Positions 15,272 to 23,650 of a DNA stretch of 38,519 nt are shown in pieces. The position numbers were made by a program, and so were the translations under genes. How positions within the stretch are numbered: position 1 is the first letter of the stretch; each line of letters begins with the position of its first letter. This DNA comes from a virus (Duplodnaviria > Caudoviricetes), in IMG/VR virus record IMGVR_UViG_3300037755_000446, positions 1-38,519 of that record, one strand, 5' to 3'. The notes under the pieces were generated by a model. That model saw only the letters and a program-made list of their open reading frames with translations. It was not told the origin of the DNA and did no database searches.

Positions 15272-16489
15272 CTACTGCTCGATCTGAGGGTGGCTCTGTG
15301 CAAGGGCTCCAGAGATCGCCGACCTGATCGCGATCTGGGCCGCGGGCATCACGTGCCCATACCTGTCGACGGTCGTCGTGATGGACTCGTGGCCGAGGTG
15401 TGCCTGTACGTAGTTAATGGGCACACCCGCACCGAGGAGCCAGGAAGCGTTCGTGTGTCGCGCGTCGTGGATGCGCGGGCGCTTCCCCAGCGGCGGGTCC
15501 AGGGGCTGCAGCACCTGCCCCTCTGCGTCGACACGCCGCGGCGTCCGCTTGGAACCGCCGACGACGGCGTCCTCGCCGTTGGCCAGGCGGATCGCGGGCT
15601 GCCAGACGCTCGCGTGGAACGTCGTGTGCCGCACTGGTCCGCCGGCCATGTTGCGGAACACGTACGCATCTCCAGCGCGCTTGTCGACGAGCGGCGTCAG
15701 GAGACGGACCGTCTCGGACGAGAGTGCCACGGTGCGCTGCGACCTGGACGACTTCGGCACGCCGAGCACGCGGCCCCTCTTCCATGCCCGGACCACGGTC
15801 GCCGTGCCGCGCTCGAGGTCAACCTCCCCGACCCGTAGCGCGGTGGCCTCGCCCCAACGCAGGCCGGTCGAGAAAAGGAACTCGACGAGCGGTCGCCAGT
15901 GCGGCGTGAAGCACGCCAGGATCCGCGTGTACTCGTCGTGGGTGAGGAACACCATTGGCTCGGTCACGGTGCGAGGCAGGCGTGTGCCCTTGCAAGGGTT
16001 GGACTGGACTAGGCCCTTAATCTCCGCGTGCGCGAACACGGCGCTGAGGAACCCGTGCTTGTTCTTGATGGTCTTCCCCGACGCTGGCTTGCCGCGCCAC
16101 ATCTTCTTCGCCATGGCGTTGACCCACCGAGACACCTCCTCGTGGGAGACGGCATCGATGGGCATCATCCCGAGGTTGCCGAGGTCGTTGGCCACGTAGG
16201 AGCGGTACTTCGCGATGGTGTCTGCCTGGACGCCGGACAGGGCGTCGATGTGTCGGGTGCACCACTGGGCCACGTTGGGCGTGCCCTCTGCGGCTCCGGT
16301 CCGGGCGTCGAGGATCTCCAGGGCGCGCGCGGCCCCGACGTCATCCAGGAGCTTCACGAACGCGTTCGCGCCCCGGATCGAGGCGAAGGTACGGGACGTG
16401 TTCTTGGACCCGCGACCGCCCATCCGGAACTGGACCTTGTACGTCACGCTGCCGTCTCCGGCGACGTGCGGCTGTGGTGTCGCAGCCAC
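15272..16489 (-). CDS. int: Tyrosine integrase
   Basis: TGLRWGE, PKS, HDARHT, LGHESITTTVDRYGH catalytic motifs. Confidence 0.97.
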   Translation of the reverse strand: MAATPQPHVAGDGSVTYKVQFRMGGRGSKNTSRTFASIRGANAFVKLLDDVGAARALEILDARTGAAEGTPNVAQWCTRHIDALSGVQADTIAKYRSYVANDLGNLGMMPIDAVSHEEVSRWVNAMAKKMWRGKPASGKTIKNKHGFLSAVFAHAEIKGLVQSNPCKGTRLPRTVTEPMVFLTHDEYTRILACFTPHWRPLVEFLFSTGLRWGEATALRVGEVDLERGTATVVRAWKRGRVLGVPKSSRSQRTVALSSETVRLLTPLVDKRAGDAYVFRNMAGGPVRHTTFHASVWQPAIRLANGEDAVVGGSKRTPRRVDAEGQVLQPLDPPLGKRPRIHDARHTNASWLLGAGVPINYVQAHLGHESITTTVDRYGHVMPAAQIAIRSAISGALAQSHPQIEQ

Positions 16490-17121
16490 TATGGCGTCGC
16501 CTTTCTGGCCACATCGGTATCTAGCCCCGCGAGCCGGGCGATTTTTGGCTCGCTCTTCATCTTGCGCTTGATGTGGCGAAGCGCGTAGATGGTCCGCCCA
16601 AGACGCTCGGCCTGCACCGCCTCGGTGTCGCGTGTCGTGGACAGGTACTCAAGCTCTGGCCCCGTCCACTCCTTGCGATTGTTGCGCGCCGCAGTCGTCG
16701 TCCCGGACTGCTTATCCCTCGTGTACTGCAGCGCTGCCGCATCGAACGTGCCGCCATCGCTCCTGCGCCGTTCGCTCACCGCCGCAGATTGGCATGACAT
16801 GCAGCGCGACTGGTGCGCCCCACTCTGGCGCATGGAGTAGTTCTTGGCGGCGAGGAACTTGCCACACCGCGGGCATGTCTTCGCGATCAGCCAGGACCCA
16901 CGAAACCTAGGAAGTTGCGGGAAGGATCCGGCGCGCCATCTCGGGCGCGATGAGGTCCCGCGAAGAACCTGGCGGCGCGCATAGACGGCAGTCACGGTGC
17001 GGCCAACACGCCGGGCCACATCGCTCGCACTGAGGCTGGGATTGAGCACGAGCGCGTCGTCACTGGGCTCCCAGGGGCGCCTACTACCCCCTACTTCCGA
17101 TGTCGGCATACTGGCCATCAT
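16489..17121 (-). CDS. Dual HTH-like plus Zn-ribbon putative DNA-binding protein
   Basis: GGAGG RBS; two W-x3-[DE]...A.R.GRT..A repeats flanking CPRC...CMSC; TAGTG overlap with the int start. Confidence 0.75.
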   Translation of the reverse strand: MMASMPTSEVGGSRRPWEPSDDALVLNPSLSASDVARRVGRTVTAVYARRQVLRGTSSRPRWRAGSFPQLPRFRGSWLIAKTCPRCGKFLAAKNYSMRQSGAHQSRCMSCQSAAVSERRRSDGGTFDAAALQYTRDKQSGTTTAARNNRKEWTGPELEYLSTTRDTEAVQAERLGRTIYALRHIKRKMKSEPKIARLAGLDTDVARKATP

Positions 17122-17132
17122 GCCACCTCCCC

Positions 17133-17348
17133 GTGCTCACGTGTGAGCACACAGTTCGCGGAATCACCCTGTTCCACCCCGATTCACCGAGACGGCCAGC
17201 GGCAGAAATCGGCTCAACCCCAACGTTTGCAACGTTCCCAGTGTACCATCGGAGGTGGTTCAAGTCCCCCTCCGGACACTGATGTCGATGCAGGTCAGAG
17301 CGATTTTGTTAGCACTTTGACTTCGGTGTGAGCACCCCGTGTGAGCAC
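17133..17348. other. attP site: tRNA-derived core with arm-type repeats
   Basis: Core GGTTCAAGTCCCCCTCCGGACAC (17257-79) equals a tRNA T-loop plus 3' acceptor strand (Leu-like). GTGTGAGCAC at 17141, 17326 and 17339, inverted GTGCTCAC at 17133, TGTTAGCAC at 17307. Confidence 0.85.
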
Positions 17349-17443
17349 GTTCCACCCGGGAGTACCGCCCGTTCACCCGGTTTCACCACGATTCACCGTC
17401 GAGATTGCTGGTCAAATCGGCGCGACAGGCGGACCATCGGAGC

Positions 17444-17917
17444 ATGAGCCCGAAGACAATGAGGCACCTCGCGGCCGTCGCCGTGGTCATGGCGCTCGCG
17501 GCCTGCGGCAGTTCCGAGACGCCTGCCGTCGAGTTGTCACCCTCCGTGTCGCCCGTCGTCGAGTCGGCCGCACCGTCGCCATCGGGTGAGCCATCGCCGA
17601 GCGGGGATGCTCCATCGATGGACGACGTCATCCAGGCGGAGGCAGCGACCGTGGCCCAGGAGTACCTAGTCATCACAGGCTTCTCCCGCGATGGCCTGAT
17701 AGCCCAGCTCCAGGTAGGCGAGGGTATCCCCGTGGATATCGCGACGTCGGCCGTGGATTCGCTCGAGGTCGACTGGAACGAGCAGGCCGTACGGTCCGCG
17801 ACGCAGCACCTCGAGGGCGAGCGGATGACCCGCGGCGAGCTGGTCCAGTTGCTCACGTCAGAGTATGGCCAGTACACGATCGAGCAGGCTGAGCACGCCG
17901 CGGACGCGGTCGGATAG
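17444..17917 (+). CDS. Ltp-family lipoprotein (superinfection exclusion)
   Basis: Lipobox LAAC, S/P-rich linker, tandem Ltp repeats (AQEYL...FSRDGLIAQL...VDWNEQAVRSA...QLLTSEYGQYT.EQAEHA). Confidence 0.88.
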   Translation: MSPKTMRHLAAVAVVMALAACGSSETPAVELSPSVSPVVESAAPSPSGEPSPSGDAPSMDDVIQAEAATVAQEYLVITGFSRDGLIAQLQVGEGIPVDIATSAVDSLEVDWNEQAVRSATQHLEGERMTRGELVQLLTSEYGQYTIEQAEHAADAVG

Positions 17918-17947
17918 CCAGCGACGACCCAGGAGAGGACCACCGTC

Positions 17948-18100
17948 ATGACCGAGCAGCCCGCCGAGGACGAGACGCCCCCCGTTCGCGGTATCCCCAC
18001 TGACCCGCGCGAGTTGGAGAGGTGGAAGGACGAGTTCACCGAGGACCTCGTGGCCGGCGAGTGTGGCGGCGTCGGCGCACCGTGGAGGAATCACCGATGA
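17948..18100 (+). CDS. Small acidic hypothetical protein (50 aa)
   Basis: Read by hand: AGGAGAGG RBS, MTEQPAEDETPP...WRNHR*, ATGA overlap with the next gene. Confidence 0.65.
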   Translation: MTEQPAEDETPPVRGIPTDPRELERWKDEFTEDLVAGECGGVGAPWRNHR

Positions 18101-18345
18101 ACGGCTGCGATTGGACAGCGGGCGGCCAATGCGCCAAGCCCGCGACGATGCTGGTCCAGTCCCAGGGGGTGAACGACACCGGGATCATGGTCCTCGTGAT
18201 GTGGGATGGCGACTGGGGCACGGTTCCTGATCCGAAGTCGTTCTACTGCCTCGACCACGCGCGGCACATCCTCGCAGGGCTGCCGACGCTGGCGCCCGCG
18301 CTGACCGACATCACGGCCCACGGCGAGATTTTCACCCACGGCTGA
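18097..18345 (+). CDS. Small hypothetical protein (82 aa; C-x7-C...CxxH)
   Basis: GGAGG RBS, ATG 18097, MNGCDWTAGGQCAKPA...YCLDHA. Confidence 0.7.
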   Translation: MNGCDWTAGGQCAKPATMLVQSQGVNDTGIMVLVMWDGDWGTVPDPKSFYCLDHARHILAGLPTLAPALTDITAHGEIFTHG

Positions 18346-18422
18346 GGTTGTGGGTGCGTTCGACGACGGGTAGCGTCCGAACGGTGATGCTGGCGCGGCT
18401 GTCACCCAGTCGGCAGAACGAA

Positions 18423-18457
18423 AGAACCGCCCCACCTTCGAGAGGTGGGGCGGTTCT
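18423..18457. terminator. Bidirectional intrinsic terminator
   Basis: AGAACCGCCCCACCT-TCGAG-AGGTGGGGCGGTTCT, a 15-bp stem between convergent operons; T-rich tail on the minus strand. Confidence 0.9.
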
Positions 18458-18476
18458 GTGTCGACCGGGGTGCGTA

Positions 18477-18788
18477 CTACCCGAGGTCGGGCGTCACGAT
18501 CAGCGTGGCGTACCCCTCGGTCGGTGCCGTCGTGATGACGCCACCCAGGGTGACCTCCACCTCGACGTTGTACGTCCCCGCGACGAGGGTGCCGGTGAGG
18601 GTGTGGTGCACCATGCCCGTTGTCGGGGCGGCGTCGAGTGTCGCATCGAGGACCTCGAGCGTCCCGCCGGCCGCCAACTTCGCGAGCAGTCGGACAGTGG
18701 AGCCGGTGAGATCGACAGGTGCGCCGACGTCATCGAAGACGGTGAGGGTGATGGCGTGCGTGTCGCCGCTCTTGACTGTGTTGCTCAT
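18477..18788 (-). CDS. BppU N-terminal-like / Ig-like small virion protein
   Basis: VKSGDT...PVDLTGSTVRL...G.V...AGTYNVEVEVT...TAPTEGY pattern. Confidence 0.65.
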   Translation of the reverse strand: MSNTVKSGDTHAITLTVFDDVGAPVDLTGSTVRLLAKLAAGGTLEVLDATLDAAPTTGMVHHTLTGTLVAGTYNVEVEVTLGGVITTAPTEGYATLIVTPDLG

Positions 18789-21592
18789 ATCTCCAGCTCC
18801 AATGTCCGGGCGGATGTGGTGACGGCGGTATCCCAGTCGGGCGGCGTCGTGACGGTGAGGTCCCGCCCGGGTGTCGGAGACAGGGTGATGGTGCGGTCAC
18901 CGGGCGTCGCGAGGGTGAGCGTCCACGGCGTGTTGCGCTCGGCGCTGACCGCGCCTCCGCCGGTGACGGTCGGTGTACCGACCGCTGCCAGGGTGGCGAC
19001 GCCCGGAGGCGACACCGTGACAGTCGTGGCGACCTGGGGTGTGCCGATCGCGGTAGCCGAGGCGACGCCTACCGGGGCGACGGTCACGGTGGGCGTGACG
19101 GTGGGCGTACCCACTGCGGTCGCCGTTGCGATCCCTGTTGGCTCCACCGTGACCGTGGTCGTGACAGTCGCCGAGCCGAGGGCACCGCCGGTCGCGATAC
19201 CCGTCGGCTCCACCGTCTGCGGGCTCGATGTTATGTACGGACCGATCGCCGACGTCGCCCCGTTGTCCATCTGGATCGAGTCCCAGAACGTCTCCCACCC
19301 GGAGGACGAGTTGTTCGGGTGGCCGATGTCGATGGACACGGCGTCGGCGGTCCCGAGGTCGACGGCGCTGGACGTCAGGGTCGCCAGGGCCGTGGTCGAG
19401 TCGCCATCGAAGATGGTCGCGGTGTATGAGTCGGTGGCCCCGGCGTTGCCGACGTTGAACACGAGCTCGATCCGGTTCTGCCGGTTCGCGACCCATACCC
19501 CGGTAGCGGTCTGATCGATCGCGCCTCCCGCGCCGGTGCGGGACAGCAGCCTTCCCGCCGTGTCCACGGCAAGGCGCATGATCTGCCCAGTCGAATGCCG
19601 CAGGTTCAGGATCTCGCGCGTCCCGGGAGGAAGGGACGCCGCCCGGTGGTATCCCGAGGATGCACCCGTCGGGGAGGCTGCGACGAACGGGAGCCGCACC
19701 AGCCCGGTCGCGGTTCCGGGAGTGAACTTCAGGCCCGTGGTGCCCTCGTGCGCGGTGTCGGACTCGAATTGGATGGTTCCGCCCGTGCCAGGGCTGACCG
19801 TGCTCGCTGCTGTGCCGTCCACTGCGAGCACGTTCGCCTTCGCGCAGGTCACGCCGTCCGTGTTGTCGAACAGCCACTGTCGTAGCGTCACTGGTGGTTC
19901 CTCCTCCTGCTCCTGTGTGGTCACGGGTGCGGGCAGGATCGCGCCGACCTGTTGGTACCCGTGGGGGATGCCGAGCAGGTCGGCGATGTCGTCAGGCAGC
20001 GGCACGGCGATCGCGTTCGCCGGCGTCGTCGTGCCCTGGTGGTTCGCCCCGAGCTTGGCACCCGGCGGACCACCGACTGCAGCAGGTGAGTTGTTGGCGA
20101 GGGACCACGTGTTGTACGAGTTGCGGAACCCGTCCACCTTCCCGAGCTGGATCATGGAACCGGGCGGCGCGGTCGGGAACCAGTTGCCCGCGATCTCGTC
20201 GAAGAAGTCCCACCCGAGGAGAACGCTGTCCGCCCCACCGTCGGGGTCTCGCACGGCCGTGGCAGGATCGTGGTACGCGATCGCGGACGCGATCGTCGGC
20301 TGACTAGTGATCCGGTTGTTGATCAACCGGTTATGAATGGAGACCCAAGGCACGATGTCGAATGTCTTGTTGCCCGGGGTCCCCGTGTTGATCCGGTGAT
20401 CCTGCTGGAAGTTGATCGAGACGCGACCACCCTCGAAGTCGCAGTTCGCGATTGTCACGTAGTCGCTGTCGAATACCTTGATCGCCCAGTCAACAACGTT
20501 CGTGGCCCGGCAGTTCACAAACCAGGATCGGTGCTGAACCCCGTCGGTGAACCCGCCTCCGGACAACTCCGACTCGAAGCCGACGAGGACGTTGTTCGCC
20601 AGGACGTTAGCGACGATGAACCGCGTACAGGACACATCGAGCCAAACACCTATGGCTCCGGGGACGTCGTCCACTATCCCGTTCTCGACGACGATGTCAT
20701 CGGTGCGGGTGATCTTCACGCCGGCTGCGACGGGCTGTCCGTGCCACCTGCCGCGGTTGCAGTTCCGGATCAGGAACTCGGAGACCACTGAGCCGTCAGC
20801 CGTGGTGATCTGCATGCCCGCGTTGTTGCATTCCTCGATGGTCACGTGCATCACGGCAACCGGCCGGATGATTGACATCGCGTGCATCCCGGACTCTCGG
20901 AACGTCATGTTTTCGATGGTCGAGTCGTGTGCTGATCCGGCGACGTAGAGCATCGACGACGCGACACCCTCGACGCCGGACGGGGAGTAGCGGCGGACGC
21001 CGAAGCCTCGCAGGTGTGTGCGGCCGGTCTCGACCATCCATACGCGCTTCTCGGCAACGCGCACCGACTTGCCGAACGGGTTCGTGCCGATGGTCAGGAT
21101 GTCCGTGGAGCGGTTCACGGAGAACTGCCCTGCGCTGGGCGTAACCCCGTCGGCCACCTGGACCTGTGGGACGTCATCAATCCAGACCTGCTCGGGCAGG
21201 TGAGCGAACCCGTCCCCGATCTGCGGGTAGTTGGCCGCGCTGATCGGGTTCCAGTTCACGGTGGGTGCGGCCCATGGTCCAGTGCCAGACCACGACTCGT
21301 ACACCCGCGACCCGTCGAACCAGACAGCCTCACCGGGGTACGCCTGTATCCACAGGGTCTTGGTTGTCGGAGTCGTGACTTCCTCGTGGTACTCGCCCGC
21401 CCTGAGCACGATGGACGACGCGCCTGTAGGCGCCGCTGCGATAGCGGCACCCAGTGTCCGCTTCGGGAAGACGACCCCGGTCGCTGAGTCGTCACCGGAC
21501 GGCGATACGAACAGGACAGGACCAGACGGCACCGGGTACGTAGCCTCACCGACCGGAAGCGACCCGACGACGACGGGCGTAGTCCAGGACAC
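18785..21592 (-). CDS. Right-handed beta-helix (pectin-lyase-like) fibre/spike protein with T/V/P-rich C-terminal repeats
   Basis: FVSPSGDDSATG...TLGAAIAAA...IVLRAGEYHE followed by beta-helix-type repeats; C-terminal TVEPTGIAT..A.GTP.V repeats. Confidence 0.75.
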   Translation of the reverse strand: MSWTTPVVVGSLPVGEATYPVPSGPVLFVSPSGDDSATGVVFPKRTLGAAIAAAPTGASSIVLRAGEYHEEVTTPTTKTLWIQAYPGEAVWFDGSRVYESWSGTGPWAAPTVNWNPISAANYPQIGDGFAHLPEQVWIDDVPQVQVADGVTPSAGQFSVNRSTDILTIGTNPFGKSVRVAEKRVWMVETGRTHLRGFGVRRYSPSGVEGVASSMLYVAGSAHDSTIENMTFRESGMHAMSIIRPVAVMHVTIEECNNAGMQITTADGSVVSEFLIRNCNRGRWHGQPVAAGVKITRTDDIVVENGIVDDVPGAIGVWLDVSCTRFIVANVLANNVLVGFESELSGGGFTDGVQHRSWFVNCRATNVVDWAIKVFDSDYVTIANCDFEGGRVSINFQQDHRINTGTPGNKTFDIVPWVSIHNRLINNRITSQPTIASAIAYHDPATAVRDPDGGADSVLLGWDFFDEIAGNWFPTAPPGSMIQLGKVDGFRNSYNTWSLANNSPAAVGGPPGAKLGANHQGTTTPANAIAVPLPDDIADLLGIPHGYQQVGAILPAPVTTQEQEEEPPVTLRQWLFDNTDGVTCAKANVLAVDGTAASTVSPGTGGTIQFESDTAHEGTTGLKFTPGTATGLVRLPFVAASPTGASSGYHRAASLPPGTREILNLRHSTGQIMRLAVDTAGRLLSRTGAGGAIDQTATGVWVANRQNRIELVFNVGNAGATDSYTATIFDGDSTTALATLTSSAVDLGTADAVSIDIGHPNNSSSGWETFWDSIQMDNGATSAIGPYITSSPQTVEPTGIATGGALGSATVTTTVTVEPTGIATATAVGTPTVTPTVTVAPVGVASATAIGTPQVATTVTVSPPGVATLAAVGTPTVTGGGAVSAERNTPWTLTLATPGDRTITLSPTPGRDLTVTTPPDWDTAVTTSARTLELEI

Positions 21593-21598
21593 GGGGAC

Positions 21599-22027
21599 CT
21601 ACAGCGTGAAGATGCGGTTCGAGCCGGCGTCCCACGCAACGGTGATGTCGCCCCCATTGGGCACGACCGGCAGGTTGGTCCCTGTGTCGTACCACGCGAT
21701 GACACGCTGCGCCGACGCCGCGACGTCCCCACCACCACCGACGGCAGACGACTGGAACACGAGCAGGCCGTGGCTCCCTGCGTCCGCGGTGACTGCGGTG
21801 AACGTGATGTCTGCGGCGTCGGCGGTGCCCTGCGTGACCGTCTTCGATGCGAGCTCGGCAGAGGTGGCGTGCAGGGTGCCGCCACCGGTGGTGACGTCCG
21901 AGACGAACTTGTCCGTGTCGTCATAGGTGTACCCACGCACGAGCGCGACCTTGATCGCCGCCGTGTCGAAGTCGACCTCACCGGCAAGGAAGCCTTCACG
22001 GCCGAGAGGAAACAGTGCGTTGGCCAT
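21599..22027 (-). CDS. Minor virion protein (MANALF...GREGFLAG family)
   Basis: Resembles small beta-rich actinophage tail-associated proteins ending PNGGDITVAWD....IFTL. Confidence 0.65.
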   Translation of the reverse strand: MANALFPLGREGFLAGEVDFDTAAIKVALVRGYTYDDTDKFVSDVTTGGGTLHATSAELASKTVTQGTADAADITFTAVTADAGSHGLLVFQSSAVGGGGDVAASAQRVIAWYDTGTNLPVVPNGGDITVAWDAGSNRIFTL

Positions 22028-22030
22028 GAG

Positions 22031-22345
22031 TCAGCGCCCCTTCGTGATGTCGGTGGATGCTTCGGCGTCGGGGAGCACACGGCCCGCGACGATGGGTCCG
22101 CCGTCGTCGTACGCCGGCGCCTTGGCCGAGCCGAGCACGATGCGCGTGAGCCAGTCGGGCATGTGCGGCTCGACCGCCCGGACGAGCGCGTAGTACGCGG
22201 CCTGCGAGAGGCCAGTCAGCGCGACGATGAGACCGGCCTGCGTCTCGGCATCCAGCTCGACACCGAGAGTCAGTAGCCAGGACACGAGCGCACCCACGGC
22301 GATGGGGACGTACGTGCGCAGCAGCGACGTCAGGAAGTCAGGCAT
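22031..22345 (-). CDS. Holin
   Basis: Two hydrophobic helices, RTYVP..VGALVSWL, YYALVRAVE; follows the endolysin. Confidence 0.85.
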   Translation of the reverse strand: MPDFLTSLLRTYVPIAVGALVSWLLTLGVELDAETQAGLIVALTGLSQAAYYALVRAVEPHMPDWLTRIVLGSAKAPAYDDGGPIVAGRVLPDAEASTDITKGR

Positions 22346-22354
22346 GGTCTTCTC

Positions 22355-23281
22355 CTAGAAGGCGAGTCGGGCGGCCAGGGCGTCGGCGACGGCCTGGGCA
22401 ACTGGCGCGGACAGGCGCTCGATCAGGGCGTCGGCAACGTCGTTGGCGTCAACGTCGACCTCGACCGGGACGGCAGCGTCGGCGACCTGCCCGGCCAGGA
22501 CGCGGCGAGCGACGTTCAGGGTGCGCTCCGCAATGTCGCGCGGAGGTGCGGCACCCGTGCCGTCCTTGATCGGGGCAGCGAGGAGGCTGTAGATGTCGTC
22601 AACCTTCTCCTTGAGTTCGTCCTGCGCAGCGCTGCTGAGTGCCATGAGGAAACCCTCTTCCGTCTTCTGGGGTACCGTCTCCGGGCTACCGCCGTCGAGG
22701 AGACGCTGGACACCAGGCCAAACGTCCTGGTGAATCTGAGTGACCCGCCCGTAACCCGGGCAGATCTTGCCGAAGTGCTTGGTGTACCGCATGCCGCCGC
22801 CGCGCTGGTTTCGCCCAGCCTGGATCGAGGGCAGCGAGGGGAAGTTCCCGTCACAGCCGAGACGGTGCCAGCTCAGCCCCTGCGATGACGAGGAGCCGGC
22901 GAATGCTGTGGTCGCCAGCTTTCGGGGAATGGGGTGTGTCTTCATGCACCAGGCGACGAGCTTGACGATCGACGCGAGTTGCGCTGCACGCCACTTCTCG
23001 TTGCCGTCTTTCGCGACGCCAGCCGTCTCGATCGAGATGGTCGCGTCGTTGCCTTCCAGGTCTGCGAACGCTCGCATGGAGGTGTCGACGTACTGCTCGA
23101 CCGTGCCGTCGTACGCGACATGGAAGTGCGAGTCGGGGATGCCGGACTGGTTGAAGTAGCCGTACTGCGAGTTCGCAGACGAGGCGGTCGAGTGCAGGTT
23201 GACACGGTTGTACACCGTGAGCGCCTTGCGGCTCTTGTTGACCGTGATCGGCCGCCACGCGGCGCCAGGGTATCTAGCCAT
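22355..23281 (-). CDS. Endolysin, N-acetylmuramoyl-L-alanine amidase (Amidase_2-like)
   Basis: LHSTA, SHFHV..DG.VEQYVD, ISIET, WHR, KICPG Zn-amidase motifs. Confidence 0.92.
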   Translation of the reverse strand: MARYPGAAWRPITVNKSRKALTVYNRVNLHSTASSANSQYGYFNQSGIPDSHFHVAYDGTVEQYVDTSMRAFADLEGNDATISIETAGVAKDGNEKWRAAQLASIVKLVAWCMKTHPIPRKLATTAFAGSSSSQGLSWHRLGCDGNFPSLPSIQAGRNQRGGGMRYTKHFGKICPGYGRVTQIHQDVWPGVQRLLDGGSPETVPQKTEEGFLMALSSAAQDELKEKVDDIYSLLAAPIKDGTGAAPPRDIAERTLNVARRVLAGQVADAAVPVEVDVDANDVADALIERLSAPVAQAVADALAARLAF

Positions 23282-23284
23282 GCG

Positions 23285-23386
23285 TCACGCCTCCTTCTTG
23301 AACAGCCGCCAGAATCGCTCGGACGAGATCACAAGGAGCAGTCCGACGTACCGCCAGAACGGGTGACCCCACGCAGCGCGGAACAC
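23285..23386 (-). CDS. Possible 33-aa hydrophobic peptide in the lysis cassette
   Basis: GTG 23386 reads MFRAAWGHPFWRYVGLLLVISSERFWRLFKKEA* and fills the gap exactly; no clear RBS. Confidence 0.4.
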   Translation of the reverse strand: MFRAAWGHPFWRYVGLLLVISSERFWRLFKKEA

Positions 23387-23387
23387 G

Positions 23388-23648
23388 TCATCCGCCGAAC
23401 AGGTTGAGTGCATAGACGATGGCTGCGACGGCGAGTGACACGCCACCACCAGCGAGGAGCCCGGTCACTGCGGCACGCCCCCGCGCGGTGGCCTGCTCGG
23501 CCTCGACGAGGCGGAGTCGGCCGTCGTAGTGCTCGAGGCGGCTCGTCTGGGCTGCGATCTGGGTAAGCGCCTGGCTGATCTGACCCTCAAGCCTGGCGAT
23601 CGCGATGAGCACGGACAGTCGCTCATCATCGGGGAGGTGCTCGGGCAT
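23388..23648 (-). CDS. Coiled-coil protein with a C-terminal membrane helix (lysis-associated)
   Basis: IARLEGQI...RLRLVE followed by a hydrophobic C-terminus. Confidence 0.75.
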   Translation of the reverse strand: MPEHLPDDERLSVLIAIARLEGQISQALTQIAAQTSRLEHYDGRLRLVEAEQATARGRAAVTGLLAGGGVSLAVAAIVYALNLFGG

Positions 23649-23650
23649 AA

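Noticed and set aside
14664-17279. Integration-dependent immunity (attP inside the repressor gene)
   Set aside because: attP is about 2.3 kb from the repressor, and neither repressor nor integrase ends in an ssrA-like tag.
17251-17280. Complete tRNA gene
   Set aside because: Only the T-loop and 3' acceptor strand are present. No D or anticodon arm lies upstream, so this is an att core.
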